This document shows positions 24,801-39,800 of a DNA stretch of 64,000 nucleotides, one piece after another; within the stretch, counting starts at the first letter, position 1, and each line of letters opens with the position of its first letter. The notes under the pieces were generated by a model, which saw nothing but the letters and a program-made list of their open reading frames with translations, did no database searches and was not told where the DNA came from. Source of the stretch: Ruditapes philippinarum (lineage: Eukaryota); NCBI RefSeq assembly GCF_026571515.1, contig NW_026861419.1, positions 124,001 to 188,000 on the forward strand. Direction: 5' to 3'. The position numbers and the translations under genes are program-made.

Positions 24801-27800
24801 TTGGAAAAGTCATAAAAAGGGTTTTTTCCCTGTTTGGACAAAAGACAACACAAATTTTTTGTAAAAGTAATTGCTTTACAAAAGAGGTGGGCTAACCAAA
24901 AAATGTTTTTTCATCCCAAAAACGCATGGGTTTTCGAGTCTGCTGATATAAAAATTCCACATTAACCCTTCCCAAAAAACTACGAACCAAATTTATTTTT
25001 TTTGGAGGATACTTTTCATGGCGATGTTTTGCCCGGGGGCTACTGAATTTTAGTTCCACCAAGTACCTAAACAAATTTAACCGTTTTTTTGCCGAGAACA
25101 CACTTTTTTCCATTTTTTTAGTTCCATAGTTCCATACTCTTTTTTGGAAAAAATTAAACCAACTCCCAAAAAGGGGTTTTAAGTACTTTTTTGACAAGTT
25201 TATTTGCCAAAATGAACTTTTTGCGTCAATTTTTTCTTTAAATGGCAATGGAAAAACACTCGCACATTTTTTTTCAAATGTGTCAAATTTATACATATGC
25301 CAGTTTTTGACATTTTAGGAAGCAACCCAAGCTGCGCACCAAATTTTGGGGCGTTCATCCCCTTAAAAAATTAAACCTTTTTAACATAGTCCACCCAAAT
25401 TTCATTTCGGAAGCAAATAAAAAAAACCCTTGTACAGATAAGCAAGGACGTACTTTTTCATTGTATAAAACGATACACACTCAAAATTCCCAAACCGCTA
25501 AAAAAAGGGAAAACCGTTGACTTTTCTAGGGAGAATCTCGATCAAAGTTATTTTTAAATAATTTTTTATCTTTTCCGAAAAACAATTTTTATATTTTTTA
25601 CAACGAAATTTGCTAAAAAGGTTTTTCCCATTTTGTAAAGGGTTTTGTGAAAATTACTGAAATTTTCTTTTTTTTAAACCTAACCGATAAGTGGGAGTTT
25701 TTTTAGTTGTTGCCTTAAAATATTTAAGAAATCAATTAATAAATATACAGGGAAACAAAGGTAACCGACAACAAAAATATAGAAGACGATTTATTGATTG
25801 ATTAATAGGCCCACAACGTAAAGGGGAAGGGGACCCAAAGTTTGGGGATGGGTGGGGCAAAATTAGAAAATTAAAAAAACTAGGTGGCTTAAGGGAAAAT
25901 TCTTACGGTAGACGAGAAAACAAGGGACGTAAAAGTGTCATCATAATATTATGAAACAACAAAGACATACGTCTATATGTTACTTCGTCATTTCACTGTT
26001 ATATCTTTGAGAATTTTATGCTTCAGTTCCTTTCAATTTAATGTTGCCCAGCTAGTAATTTTACAATTTAAAATCCAATCAATAGTTTTTTTATTAATTT
26101 ACAATTGTATGTAGGTCCATTTGTTACAATTAAATGTAAATTCCTTTCATTGTTTACAATTTTATGTAAGTCCGTCTTTAACTTCTATTTATTCTTACCT
26201 ACAACATGTACTTTTTTCTTACTTCGAATATCTTATTAAAAATGATCCGGAAGCATTAAAACAGCAAAATACATGACAATTGCAGACTCGGTTTCATTGA
26301 GTCTGTACGTGAGGGATAATGAAAAAGTGCAACATCTCATATGATAACATGACAAAACATTCTATAAACCTGGTATCAAAGAGTCAATTATATGATAAAC
26401 AATATCAACAAGGAAAGGCGGCATAAAGTGAACGCAGGTGTCTAAACTGAGTTAAACTCATGTGACTAGAGAGAATGAGAGAGCATATCATATAGCACAG
26501 CATTATGTATCAGCGCTGGGCCTCGGAGAGGCCTACACTGACTATACATTTAGGGTAAGTATTAAGCTAAACATACTCTAGGTGAGTTGTTGTCATCACC
26601 CATTGTCTGTCTGTCTGTCTGTCTTTCTGTCTGACCTTGCTTACAAGGAACGCAACCCCCACACGGTCCAGCAACAAGAACAAGCGGCAAGGAGCTCAAG
26701 TGGAGCCCAAACAAAAAAGGGCCAGAGCTTAAGGCGGAGCACGGATATGATAATCATTTAATTAATACTTATAAAGAAATAATAGTAACCAACAAGAATT
26801 TTAAAGAAACAAATAATTGATGAATTAATAGGCCCACAAAGTAAAAGGGCACAGGGGAAGGGGGACTCGAGATTCGGAGAAGGGAGGGACAAAATTAATA
26901 GTAAAAAACTAGGAACAAAAGGGAAGATACTTACCAAAGACGAGAAAACAGCAAGTGTCACCATAACAGTATGAAATAACAAAGACATACATCTTTGAAA
27001 GACAAAGGGGCGCTGTCTTGAAGCGGCAATAGCATAAGTCCTGCAGGGGTGATTAAACCAGTTAATGATGCACCAAATCTCACTCTCAGCCGCATCATGT
27101 TCCTTTAAAACGAGACATTGTTAATAAAACGAATCCCCGCCAAGTAAAATTTAACGGTTATGGTTACAAAAGTTGAAATAAGTAAAACATAGATTTGATC
27201 ATGTAGATACATTAAAAGTAAACCCAATGACCATAACAAAAGTACTGTATGTCTTAAAGTTAAAGGAAGGCAGAGCAACAAGAAAATCACCTACAAGGAC
27301 CCGACAAAGCAAGACAGAAGACGAACATTTAGATAATTCAGTCCCAGAGGGCTTCAAGAACTGTCCATCATAAAGGTTAATGTAGTCCTGTGTTTTGAAA
27401 AGTTACAACATCCGCACCTTTTAGAATTACACTTATGTAAAGGATACATTCTAGATTTATAAGGATAGTGTGTATGAGTAATATTATATTTCTTTAGAAT
27501 GGTATATTTTAAAGGGGATAGCCTAATGCGTTAAGTATAGTTTTATGGATCGAGGAAGATAAAAGAATTAACAAATGAAAACTTTAAAGGCAAAAAACGA
27601 CAGATGATGTTCGTCTAGGTGAACTGTGATATTTATGATTTTGAAGACGTAGAGTGTACCCGAAGAGGTAAAAGAAAGTGTTTATTATTTATATTAAAGT
27701 TATTCATGATAATTTGTTGAAATGAAATGATTCCGTGTACAGTATTTTCTTTTACATTTTGCCCCCCCCCCCCTGGCACCCGGTGTCCCCTTCCTCTACG

Positions 27801-30800
27801 CCCTTTACTTTCTGGGCATATTAATTAATCAATAAATTGTATTCTATGGTTTCCTTGTCGGTTTATATAATTTCCTTTTAAAATAATCATCCCCTATGTG
27901 CTTTGCCTTGTTCCCTGTCCTGTTTTACTTCGGGGTTGCTTGGCTCCTTGCCCGTGGTCCTGTGTCGCTTAATTGTGAGGGGGTTGCGTTCATGGAACGC
28001 CGCCCTTCTTTGTTGATCTTTTTTTCATATTTAATGTGAACGTGGCTGTTGTCTAGTGAAAAACTGTTTGTAAGACTTACATCACAATAAACATATTTTT
28101 CTGCATTTGTGTGCGTGATTTTTGTTGTTGTTTTTTTTTTTGTTGTTGTTGTTTGTTTTTTACAGGGTGACCTTCTGTCATTGTTGATCAAATTAATTTA
28201 ATATAGCATAAAAGGGTGCTGCTAAATGGTGCAATCCTTTTCTGTATGATGAAGACTGAAGATCTTTGTGTAAATTGATATTATATCACAGAAACGAGTC
28301 TTGGGTGACCGTCTACACATATTGTTCAAAAACTTAAATAAGTGTAATTGTGGTGCAGTAGTGGTAACTTTTCTTTTGATACATTTATTATGATTTCTTT
28401 AAACAAATTGTCAAAAAATGATTTGAATCAAAATTTTCATCTTGGCTATCTGATTACATGTTAGACTATTATAACGTTAGACTATTATATTTATAGACAG
28501 ATTAATTTTGTCAATCGTTAATGTGTTTTTTTTTTCATTATTTGACAGCAAAATGGCACCTTGAGACAAGCAGCTAAATTCAATGCTGAAAATGATGCGA
28601 TTATTCTAAGTGAAGCTATGAAAGGGTTAAGTGAGTACTCTTTATGTTTATACAAATATAAAAAAAAATATTTCCGTTAAGAAATCCTTTTACGATCACT
28701 ACTTTGAGTGAAAATAAAATAAGATATATTTTCGATGACGCCTTAACACGGACTGTTTAGTCCTAAGTGTGTAGTGAGCAACTGATTCAACCCTTATGAC
28801 CAGTGCAGACTAATATAAACCAGCAGACCCTTGCTATCTGTTCATGGTATACATTGTTATTTAGTCAGAAATTTTTCCTACAAAATCATAAATGTATTTG
28901 TCAAGATTGGAAGATCCGAAAGAGAGCATATAGTCGCCGCTTTGTCCGGATGTCCGTCCCATTTTCTTGTGCGGAACATAACTTTGTAGGTAGATAGATC
29001 TCATTAAATAAAAGTACAGTGCAAAAGAACTGTTCCTCTGCCTAGCCTAATATTGGAGTATTTGCAATTTGTTCATTTTTACATTTTGAACTTTGTCAGG
29101 GACAAAACTCTGAAACTAAAATAGACATCAACAAGAAACTAAGTAGGAACATAGATCTCATTGAGTTGATTTACTGTGTAAAAGAACCACTACTCTCCGT
29201 AGTCATATTTTGGAGTTATTGCTCTTTGCTCATTTTTATACTTTCAACTTTGTCCGGGACATAACTCTGAAACTATAACAGATATCAACAAAAAACTTAG
29301 TTGGTAGATAGATCTTATGTAGATGTTCAGTGCAAAAGAATTGTTACTCTGTCTTGCCTATTTTTGAAATTATTAGCCTTTTTTCATGTTTGCACTTTGA
29401 ACTATGTCCATGACATTTCTTTGAAACTATCAGTGATATCAATTAGAAACTTCGCAGGTGGATAGCTCTTATCAAGTAAATATGCAGTGCAAAATAATCG
29501 TAAATCTGCCTTGCCTAATATGGGAGTTCTTGCCCTTTGTTCATTAACACTGTTAACTTTGTTCAGAACATAACTCTGAAACTACAAGAGATTCAACAGG
29601 AAGTAGTTTCTCTGTATGTTAATGTAGCAAAACTTATGAATAATTTAGCTTTAATGAAGTTAATTATGTAAAATAGTAAACTGTAATAAACTTTGTAATA
29701 GAAAGAGCATAAATCAGATTGCCGACTGTTTTGGTGTAAACCTTTCTCTTTTAAGAATATGACACTTCTATCGTTATCCCTTTCCCTGTCGTCACATTAA
29801 GTAAACCCAAGAGAAAAGTGAGACAACCATTCAGCATACTATGAGTGCGGCTAACTAATACGCGCACTCCTATTAAAGCACAATACATGCATGTATAAAG
29901 GATTTAACACATTTTTATCAGAGAGGTCCCAAAACTATAATACAATTTACCCAAAATATATTGAATGTAGAAACAAAGGCATGTATATGAGAGTAACTGT
30001 CAGCTGTAGGTCTTTTATAAAAAGAACTTTTTTTCGGGCTTCTATTTTTCTCTATTTTGACTTAACTCATGATAAAAAAATAAAAATATGTTGTAATTTT
30101 AGCAAAATTCAATAGTCAATTGAAAAGCAAACAGTGCAAATGATGATTAGACTGCACAGAAGTGTGAGCTTATATTGTTCTGCACTGGTTGCCTAGCATA
30201 CCCTTAGTTTAATGTGTCTGTAACAGTAGGCATTAGAATAAGGCTAGGCATTTAAATAGATTAGTAATAGGTCAAAATGGTTAAGTGGTTAAATGTGGTG
30301 TAGTAGAAATAAAACGCACAACTGACTTTTCCATTTTAATTCTACATAAGTGTACAACTTGTTTTTCATCTGGTCAAATCCGAACTACCCCAGACTGGGC
30401 TTTTAGACCACCTTATTTCGCCGCATAAAAATATCAACATATTGTGTTTAATAAGTTATATGTAGAAACTATTTAATTATATCCGACATTTGACCAGTAC
30501 GTTTAAAGGCATATTGTAATATAATATATATTTATCATGTCATGTTTAAAGTTCACATTATGAAATACATACATGTCATCCCAAAACTGTGTTTGTCATT
30601 CTATAAAATATGTATGACTAATTAACCTTAGAGTGCAGTATGCAACATAAAGTTGCTGACTTTTAACCACTTTTCCTTACCACTATTGGTTGGAATCCCG
30701 CCAGTGACTGGATTCTGCCACTTGAAAAACCTTTCCAGCTACCATACAGAATGTTGGTGGTTCTACTCAGGTGCACATTCGTGCCAAAAATAATACACAA

Positions 30801-33800
30801 ATAGGCACTTGAGGTCCTCCTCCACCGGTAAAGCTGGAAAATTGCCACATGGGTTATACACATGTTGGTGTGATATAAAAAAATAACACTATCAGCAATT
30901 ATTTTGTTATATTAAAATCGCATGCTTAACAAGTATTATGATGATCATAATTTGCACAGAAAGAGACAGATAATCTTACCGGTCTTAGTTTACACAGAAT
31001 CTATTTTCGTTTTAGCGTTTAATTTGACACTCGCTCAAATCTGTTCCTGGAACCAACAAGGACTGAGCAATGAGTGTACAGTATCTTGTTAAAGGACACA
31101 ACAGCTTGTGCATTTGAACTCAAATGGGTAGAAATCTTTTGATTACATGTCTGACAAATTAACCACTTGACCATGCTGTCACTCATACTTATTGGGTCTC
31201 GTAAATGTTTTCTGTTCCTAAATTCAAAATAAACTCTGGCTATTTATAGTATAGGTATACGGTATGAGTTATGTAATAACATTATCAGCAACATGTTTAA
31301 ATTTGTATCTTAAATATGGTAACCACAAGCTATTGTTACGATTTACTTTTGTAAAGCAGCTAGTCTTTGCTTACATGTAAATAGTAAAGGGACAGATGGT
31401 CATATGGGCCATGCAACCTAAAGCCTTACTCAGTCAAGACTTGCTTCCTCATATAACAACAGTACTGGTTAGTTTTCGGAATTGGACCTGTTATGTTTTC
31501 AATTTCACAGACAAACTAAAATAGATATGTTTATTTAAAGTTTATAGTGTATAGTACACATTTAAATTGTGTCATATCTATTTTGCTCCAACAATGTAAG
31601 AAATTGTTATTTTTATATATACCACCGAAATACACTAAATAAGGCTTTATGGCTAAGTCATAATATTTATTTAATAGTCTGGAGCGTGATTTTTGCTTTA
31701 CCAATTAAATTAAAGCTAGGACCTGTAAAAGTGTTTAATGTTTACATATTTACTAATGTTATTACCAGTTAATCATCCTGGAATAGAGACTCATTATTTT
31801 AAAATGTCCACTTAGAACATGGCATATCTTAGATTCAGTAACGTCATCCTAGTGTGTTAAAAATTTTAACATATGATAAATACTTGTATTTGCATTCAAA
31901 CTGATTGGCATATTTTCAGACATCGATGAGAAGGCCATCATAGACATATTAGCTAATAGAACTAACAATCAGAGACAGGATATTGAACAAAAATTTAAAA
32001 CTTGTTTTGGAAAGGTAAAAAAATGAGATTAATCTTTTACGCAGTAATTATATAAAAAGAAGACTTAAAAAATATATAACTTAATGAACATGGTAATAAT
32101 GTCTGTAATTTGAATAGTATTTTTTCTTTGAAAATGTAGTTAAGAATCGTCAATTGATTTTTTTTCACTTCAGGATATATTGCCTGCTTTTAACATTGTC
32201 TTTTGACATCTTATCATTCATATGCAGGCTTCATATATAAAAGGAACATCCTGTGAACGTTGCCTTTGCCTTGTTGATCTTTATTCTTGTTATTTCATAA
32301 CATCTAACCCCCTTTTAAAATTCCGTTCTGTTTAGTTCCGCCCATTTTTAGCTCATCTGTCAGAAAGGGACATGGTGAGCTTTGTGATTGCCTTTTGTCC
32401 GACGTTTGTCCGTCTGTCCGTTCTTTACACCCGATAATCAACCTTTTACCCCACAAGTACAAGTTTGTGTGCAATGAACATGCAAAGATATTCACCCCAT
32501 CATGTCACTTGAGGTCGTACGTCCGTCCTTCGTCCGTCCATAAACCTTTTTTTAATGACATCTTCTCATAAATTGCTAAGCTAGTTTCATCCTAACTTCA
32601 CAGGAATGTTCCTTTGGTGGTCACCTTTGAAAACAATAATTCCTTGCTGCACTCTGGTTGCCATGGCAGCCCAAAGAAAAAATTCAAAATATCTCTTTTA
32701 AGGTCAGGGTCTTCCATGTGTGTTTAAATAAAAGCCCTTCGGTCAAATTTGGCCGGTCCGGGTCATTGTGATTTTTCTTACATGTTTATAATTAAGACTT
32801 AAAACTTATTCTTTTAAAAAATCAATGAGCTATCCCTTAGGTATAAAGCATAAAACATCTTCTAGTGGGTGTCTAACAAGTTGTTCAAATAAAAGACCTG
32901 GGTCAAAGTTGACCCCGCCCCAGGAGGTCATAGACTTTTTTTCTATGTATATTGTAAAAACAAAAAAAAAACTTCTTTTAAAAATCCCAAATAGCTAGAG
33001 CTTAGATATTTTACATGAAACATTTTATAGTGAGTGTCTACCAAGAAGCCACGGATTAAAATTGGCCCCGCCCCAGGGGGTCATTGATTTTCCTTATCTG
33101 TATATCGTAAAAACAAAAATCTTTAAAAAAAAAAAAAAAAAAACAAAGAGCTAAGATATTTTGCATGAATAATTTTCTAGTGAGTGTTTACCAAATTTGT
33201 TCAAATAAAAGCCCTGGGGTCAAAATTGGCCCCGTCTCAGGGGTTAATTGATTTACCTTATATGTACATATCTGTCGGAACTGTTGTTTTCCCTAAGCAA
33301 TAGTAACCAGTATTGTTTTTACACATGCAATATTTCTTATACAAATATGAACTTTGTGATATCAGTTTAAGATTTATATTTTTATCTGCTTTTGTTTTTT
33401 TATTGTTTACAATATTACTTGTTTCTTGTCATGGAGACTTTATATTCAGGTAAGCGATTTTAGGCCCATCATGGCCCTCTTGTTCCGTTGAGCTATTACT
33501 TGGGGACCTTACACCATTTTTCATGGAATTGCACCTAGTGTTACATTGTAGGTTCCATGATAACCGCCGTATGAACACATTTGCATATGTTTTGAAATTC
33601 AATATTTTACCCTTTTCATGTTTAACTGATGAATTATGCCGGTGCTAATAGGCATGAACGGTAAATTGCATTTTCCATTACCGTCAATGAACAGGCTCAA
33701 TAAAATAGAGCCGGCAACATTTTCAATTTTGCGTTTTGGACTGTCTTTAAGGATTCTTTATTTCTCTATTTTATGTGAGATAATGTATTTAAGGTATTTT

Positions 33801-36800
33801 AACTACCATATTTTATCAAACTTGATCTGTATGTTTTAAATAGTTTTGTTGACAAGACAAAAATGTTTTAGAATATTCTTTTTAATGCCTTATTCAAAAT
33901 AAAGAAATAAGAAAATATACATACTTATCATCTAATAATTAATTTCCAAGTGAAGCTTAAAGTAAATATTACTGGCTATTCAACTATCAAATTTTATCAC
34001 AGGCATTGACCGAAGAATTAAAGTGTAAGTTAGGTGGAAAGTTTAAGGATGTTATGATTGATTTAATGTGGACACCGGAAGAGTTCGATTCCTACGAGCT
34101 GAAGAACGCAATGACGGTAAATGACATTTAATTAGATTCCATTTGATGCTGAAAGAGGCCTCTTTGGTGCTGGAATTAAAATAATTGACTAACAGTTACT
34201 TGAACTTATACTCAATGTTACAGGTTTGAATATTTTATTAAAGGTATGGAAGCTGTTCACTCTACTGTAAGAGATCAGTGGTTCTACTTTCAACCCTACC
34301 TTGCCAGAAATAATGTTCAGGAATGCATGATATTGGCACCTAACTTCGAGTGCCCTCAAATGCTTTAGCTGTAATCTCACGGTAGCTCTGAAAGTTATTT
34401 TATTAAATTGAGTGTAAAATAAATACAACATACTGCAGCTCTTTCAAAAAATCAACTAGAATCATTATCATAAATGTTTAAAAGTGTAAAAGCGATAAAT
34501 GTTGGTTTGCACTCGAATAACTATCTTAAAATAGGGAACAAATTATCTAAAAACATAAATTGTCTGAACTATTTGCACACAGGTGTTGATCCAGGACTAA
34601 GTTTTACCAAAGGATTAACAAGTTCACAACAAACTAGTTCACACGAGCTAAAAATATGCATATTCCACAGCTTGTTTAACATTAATTTTGTTTTCAAAAA
34701 GGGGTCCTTAATCCAAACGTACTATAAATAAAGTGACTTTAATAAATGTAGTTAATTACTAAACCTTTATATAATGTCCTGTTTTATACATACAAAACAG
34801 AATAGCCGAAACCAAGTTGTACCCAATTAAAAAAAAACCCTACTCTGGACAAATCAATAGACACCTGGACATAAGTTAAGCACATCCCGGAAATTAAAAA
34901 ATGGTTGTGATTGGGTTTATAAGTATAGTGTTGGAGCGTTTACAAAATATTTACTGGTCGATATTTTTGGTAAATGTTAAAATGACATTATGTAGACAAA
35001 TTTTTAATAACGTATGTAACCGCCACGTGCCCGGATATTAGTCAATTTTGACAATACCGCAACTGAAATTTATTTGGGTCATGATACGAACCACCTGTTG
35101 TCAACCTGCAACAACTGGAACAAGCTCTGCACCAAGAATGGCCAAATTTACCTCAAAATCGCATTAAACGCTTTACTGGTAGTATGAGGAGAAGGGTTGA
35201 GGCTATCATCCGGGCACATGGCGGTTACACACGTTATTAAAAATTTGGCTACATAATGGCATTAACTTAGATTACGTAATCGGCAACATTAACAAAAATA
35301 TCCATCAGTAAATGTTTATAAACGCTCTAACACCGTACTTATAAACACTTACATTTTTGGTAAAATACAACACAATTGCTTATGCTTCAGAAATATGGTT
35401 AAGAATAAACTTAACTCGTAAATTTACTGGTTTATGATAACCAAATTGGTAATGCTACATATCAAATTACTTTTTTCTAGCTCAATTAAGTCGTCATCTC
35501 ATGACTGTGCTTTCAATCACAACCAATTTTAAATTTCCGAGGTGTATATATAGATATCTAAATGATATACGGGGTATATGCATGCACAAATATGTAGATA
35601 TTTAAAAGATATATTTTCAGGGTATATGTACAGATAGAGATGCTATGATTGAGATATTGTGTTCTAGAAATAATGCACAAATACAGAAAATCAATGAAGC
35701 ATACCTAAGAAGTAAGTGCTAACGTACCTTTGTAATCGTGTTTATCTATTGCTAAATTTGCATGCTGGAATTCTTGTCCATTTTTCTATTTTGAACTAAC
35801 CATTATTACTTTAAGGGATTGTAGGATTAAAACAATAAAATTAATGGTAACACATATATGTATGTAGTCCAAATTGGCTCTCAAATGTGAATACTATCTC
35901 TTGGTGAAAGGCAACATTGTTATTGTTTTACTACACTATGGAAGTTGATAAAAATGTTCCAATTAAAAGAGTTGCGTTCAATGAACGCAGCCCTTCGTTG
36001 ATGCTCTTGTTTTCTATATTTTCTGAAAAATTATTAGTAATTTTGAACATTAGAGTAAGAAAAACAGCAAAAAACACCAAAATGTTCACTATCAACAATC
36101 ATTTGTGACATAGTTACAGAATATAGATTTCATTTAATCCTAAGCATGCTGGCTGCTATACAATCTTCCCACGCAACGAGTCATAATAATTAATGTTCTT
36201 GTCCAGATGAAAGACGGAAGCGTTCATTTAAAACTTTGAGCAGGGTAAGTGGTATTAAACATATGCCACTATACTAGACATTTTTGTAGTTTTTATTTTG
36301 ATAGATGTTATAATAATTTTATGTTATTATTTCAGTGTATAAATGGAGGTTAGAACAAGACATTATTAATGAAACATCAGGTCATTTCAAGGAACTCATG
36401 GTCTCTTTGGCTAACGTAAGTGAAGGTGTGTGCGTGCGTGCGTGCGTGCGCGTGCGTGCGCGCGCGTGCGTGTGATTAAACATGTTTTATAAAATATACC
36501 TGAAGTTTTACATAAGCATAAGTTATTAAGACTCACTAAGTGTAATTGCTTTATATGTTACATTGATTAACTTGTCTGCCACTAGTGTAGGTTTGACTCC
36601 CACTGAAATGAGACCGAAGGGCTGCTTGATGTCCATCTCCACCCACCAATAAAACTGGAAATTTGTGGTTTGAAATTTACAGTGTCTGTGTAAACTAACC
36701 CCATCCCCCTCCTCTCCCAAATAGAAAAAAAGCATCTCACCCTCCTCTCCCAGCTGTAATCCCACCCACCCCCAGCTTTAACCCCATCTCTCCCTCCTTT

Positions 36801-39800
36801 CCCAACTGTAACCCCATCTGCCTCTCCTTTCCAGCTCCAAATAAAAAGAAAACATGAATGTATTGATTTGCTAGTCAGTGTTTAAACACCTAAATTATTT
36901 TAAATCTTTGTCATCTTTCATTTGTACAATATAAAAGGAACACATAACTATAAAAGGTAAAATATATATGTACATACAAATTTGCATCATATATATATCT
37001 GTATTATGTATTATTTTATTTATTTAGGGGGAAAGAATGGAGAATCAGGCTGTAGACATGAACAAAGCTAATTCTGATGCTCAAGTATGTATATATACAT
37101 ATATAGACTAAAAATCTGAGGTTAATATAATCATCAGGGCAAATAAACATAAAACAATATAAAATTCATTCCATCCATTGTATATCAATACATACAATAC
37201 ATTTTTTACAGTACAATCCATGTCTTCCTTAATATGGAATGTTTTACCTTTAATTTTAAAAGAATTTCCCTCTATTATATGATCACATAGACCACATCGG
37301 AATCGCTGCATTCAGAAACTTTAGGAATATTTTTGTTCTCTTCAAATTAGGATCTAATTAGTAAGTGTTTTAAATTAGGGAGCTGACGTTTGCATTTAAT
37401 TATTTGTGTGTTGTTTATAATTTTTCAGCTCACCTGAGCTAGCTCAGGGTGAGCCATTAGGATTGTTGAATGTCCGTTGTCCGTCCACATTTGCTCGTTA
37501 ATACTCTAGCGGTCACATTTTTGCCTCAATCATCATCAAACTTTGTCAGGATTCTTGTCTAGGTAATTGCTTGGATGAGTTCGAACATGAGTCATCTCGG
37601 ATGAAAAACTAGTTCACACGAGCTAAAAGTATAAAAATCTTGTTAACACTCTAGTTGCCACTGTTTTGATCTTAATATCCTGCAAATTGGTTTGAATTTT
37701 TGTTTTGATAGTTTCTAGATCAAGAATATGGGTCACCTTGTGTCAAAAACTAGGTCACACCGCACAAATATGGAAAAACATTGTTAACACTCTAGTGGTC
37801 ACATTTTTTGCCTCAATTATCTTTAAACTTTGTCAGAATGCTTGTCTAGGTAATTGCTCGTATATGTTCGTGCATTAGTCATTTCGGATTAAAAACTAGG
37901 TCACATGAGTAAAAATAGAAAAATCTTGTAAACACTCTAGTGGCTACTGTTTTGATCCAAATATCCTGGAAATTGGTCTGAAAGTTTGTTTTGATGCTTT
38001 CTAGATTGAGTTCGAATATGGGTCACATAGGGTCAAAACTAGGTCTCACTGCTCAAATATGGAAAAACCTTGTGAACACTCTGGTGGTCACATTTTTGAC
38101 ACAACTGTCTTGAAACTTGGTCAGGATGCTTGTCTAGGTAATTGCTCGAAAGAATCCGATGGGCCAGGTGAGCGAAATAAAATTTCCATATTATTTTTAA
38201 GAATTTCGAATACCTCTCTATTTTCAGGGTTTTTTTAAAAATATATGATAAAATAGATTCATTGTTACGTTCATTTGTGTTTAATAAAACTTTTAGGCAC
38301 TTGCATTGTCTTTATAACCTGAACATGATATTTTCTTCTTATTAGAATATTTGCCAGCTCCTATGATTTTAATTTGAGAACAGTGTTATTTGAAACTATT
38401 GAACATATTCTTCTTGCTAAGCAAAATGGAATATTTGTTTTGGGGTGTTTAGGATGTCGTGATTTGTAATCTAAATATTGTCTAGAATCAGTGTCCTTTG
38501 AAGTAAATGTCTGTAGAGCTTAATTATCAAAATATCTATGAAAGGGAGTTTTGTGTTACTAATTTGCATTTTAAATTTAATGTTTTTTATGAAAGAATTC
38601 AATGTCATTTCAAACAGATATAAATCTTGGGTAGGTTTAAGCCAAAATATGAAGCAATCATCATCCAGGTATCTTTTCCATTGGCCTCTTATCTAGTCAG
38701 CAAAACTATCGTCTTAAATATTTTTTTTCTATCAGTATTTCTTCAAGATAACCAATTACTAGAGAAGCATATGTTGGTGCATCTTTTGTACCCATGATTG
38801 TACCTTAAGCTTGTTTGTAGAATAAACAATTAAATGAAAATATGTTGTTTTCTAAAACAATTTTCAAGGCCTCAATTATAAAATGCTTATTAAAACGATC
38901 TATTAAAAGTTCTCGGTGTTTATCTAAACCAAAAAGAAGTAGCATTTATACCTAAGTCATGAAGAATGTTTGTATAAAGACTAACAACATCAAATGAAAC
39001 CGTTTATGCATGTTCATCATCATCATATCATCATCATCATCATCATCAAAATCATCATCAACAACAATTTCAATATATTAAATCTAAATCTTTAAACAGA
39101 GAAATAATGAATAAAAGCTGTGAATGTAAATTAGATTATCTTGAAAAGCAAGCAGTGCGATATATAGGCCAATTGTAGAATTTTTGTATTTAGACTAGCA
39201 ATACAATGTATTTACAGTAAGGGTATATAAAGATGGTGAGTTTTGACATTTATATGTTTTAAAGAAAGGTAAATCCTGTCAGATAAGACGGTCTCCATAA
39301 TTTTGTTTTGTGAGTTTTACGTGCTAAAAATGTATTGATTCAACTTTGAACTAAGCCATGATGTGAATGAAATAGCATTAAAATAGTTATATTCAACAGT
39401 TCCTTGTACAAGCTGAGATCAGCAAAATGGGTACGGAAAAGTCACGAATGATTGAAATCATGGCGTTGCAAAGTTACGAGCAGCTGAGAGCTTTATTTAA
39501 TGAATACACAAGCATCTCTGGCCGAAGCATTGAAATGTCAGAAATCCTTGACGTTGAAATGCTGCCTGTTAGTGAGTATTTTTATTTGTTATTTTATAAG
39601 ATTATACAGAATCTGTCATTACTCGTTATATGAATATGTCATGAAACAGATTGCGCAACTCGATTTTTTATGTGAATGTCTCAGAATAAATAGGCAAAGT
39701 ATCTTTACATGGATTCCAAAAAATATATGAGCATTATATTGAATGATGAAATATTTTACTTTCAATCAGTGCAGATTATTTTGTTTGAAAATACTCAGTT

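Noticed and set aside
24892-25296. 134-aa minus-strand ORF
   Set aside because: K/F-rich product of homopolymer-inflated sequence; no recognisable motif.
28553-28564. ATG near the start of annexin exon 6
   Set aside because: ATG GCA CCT TGA is out of frame and stops after three codons.
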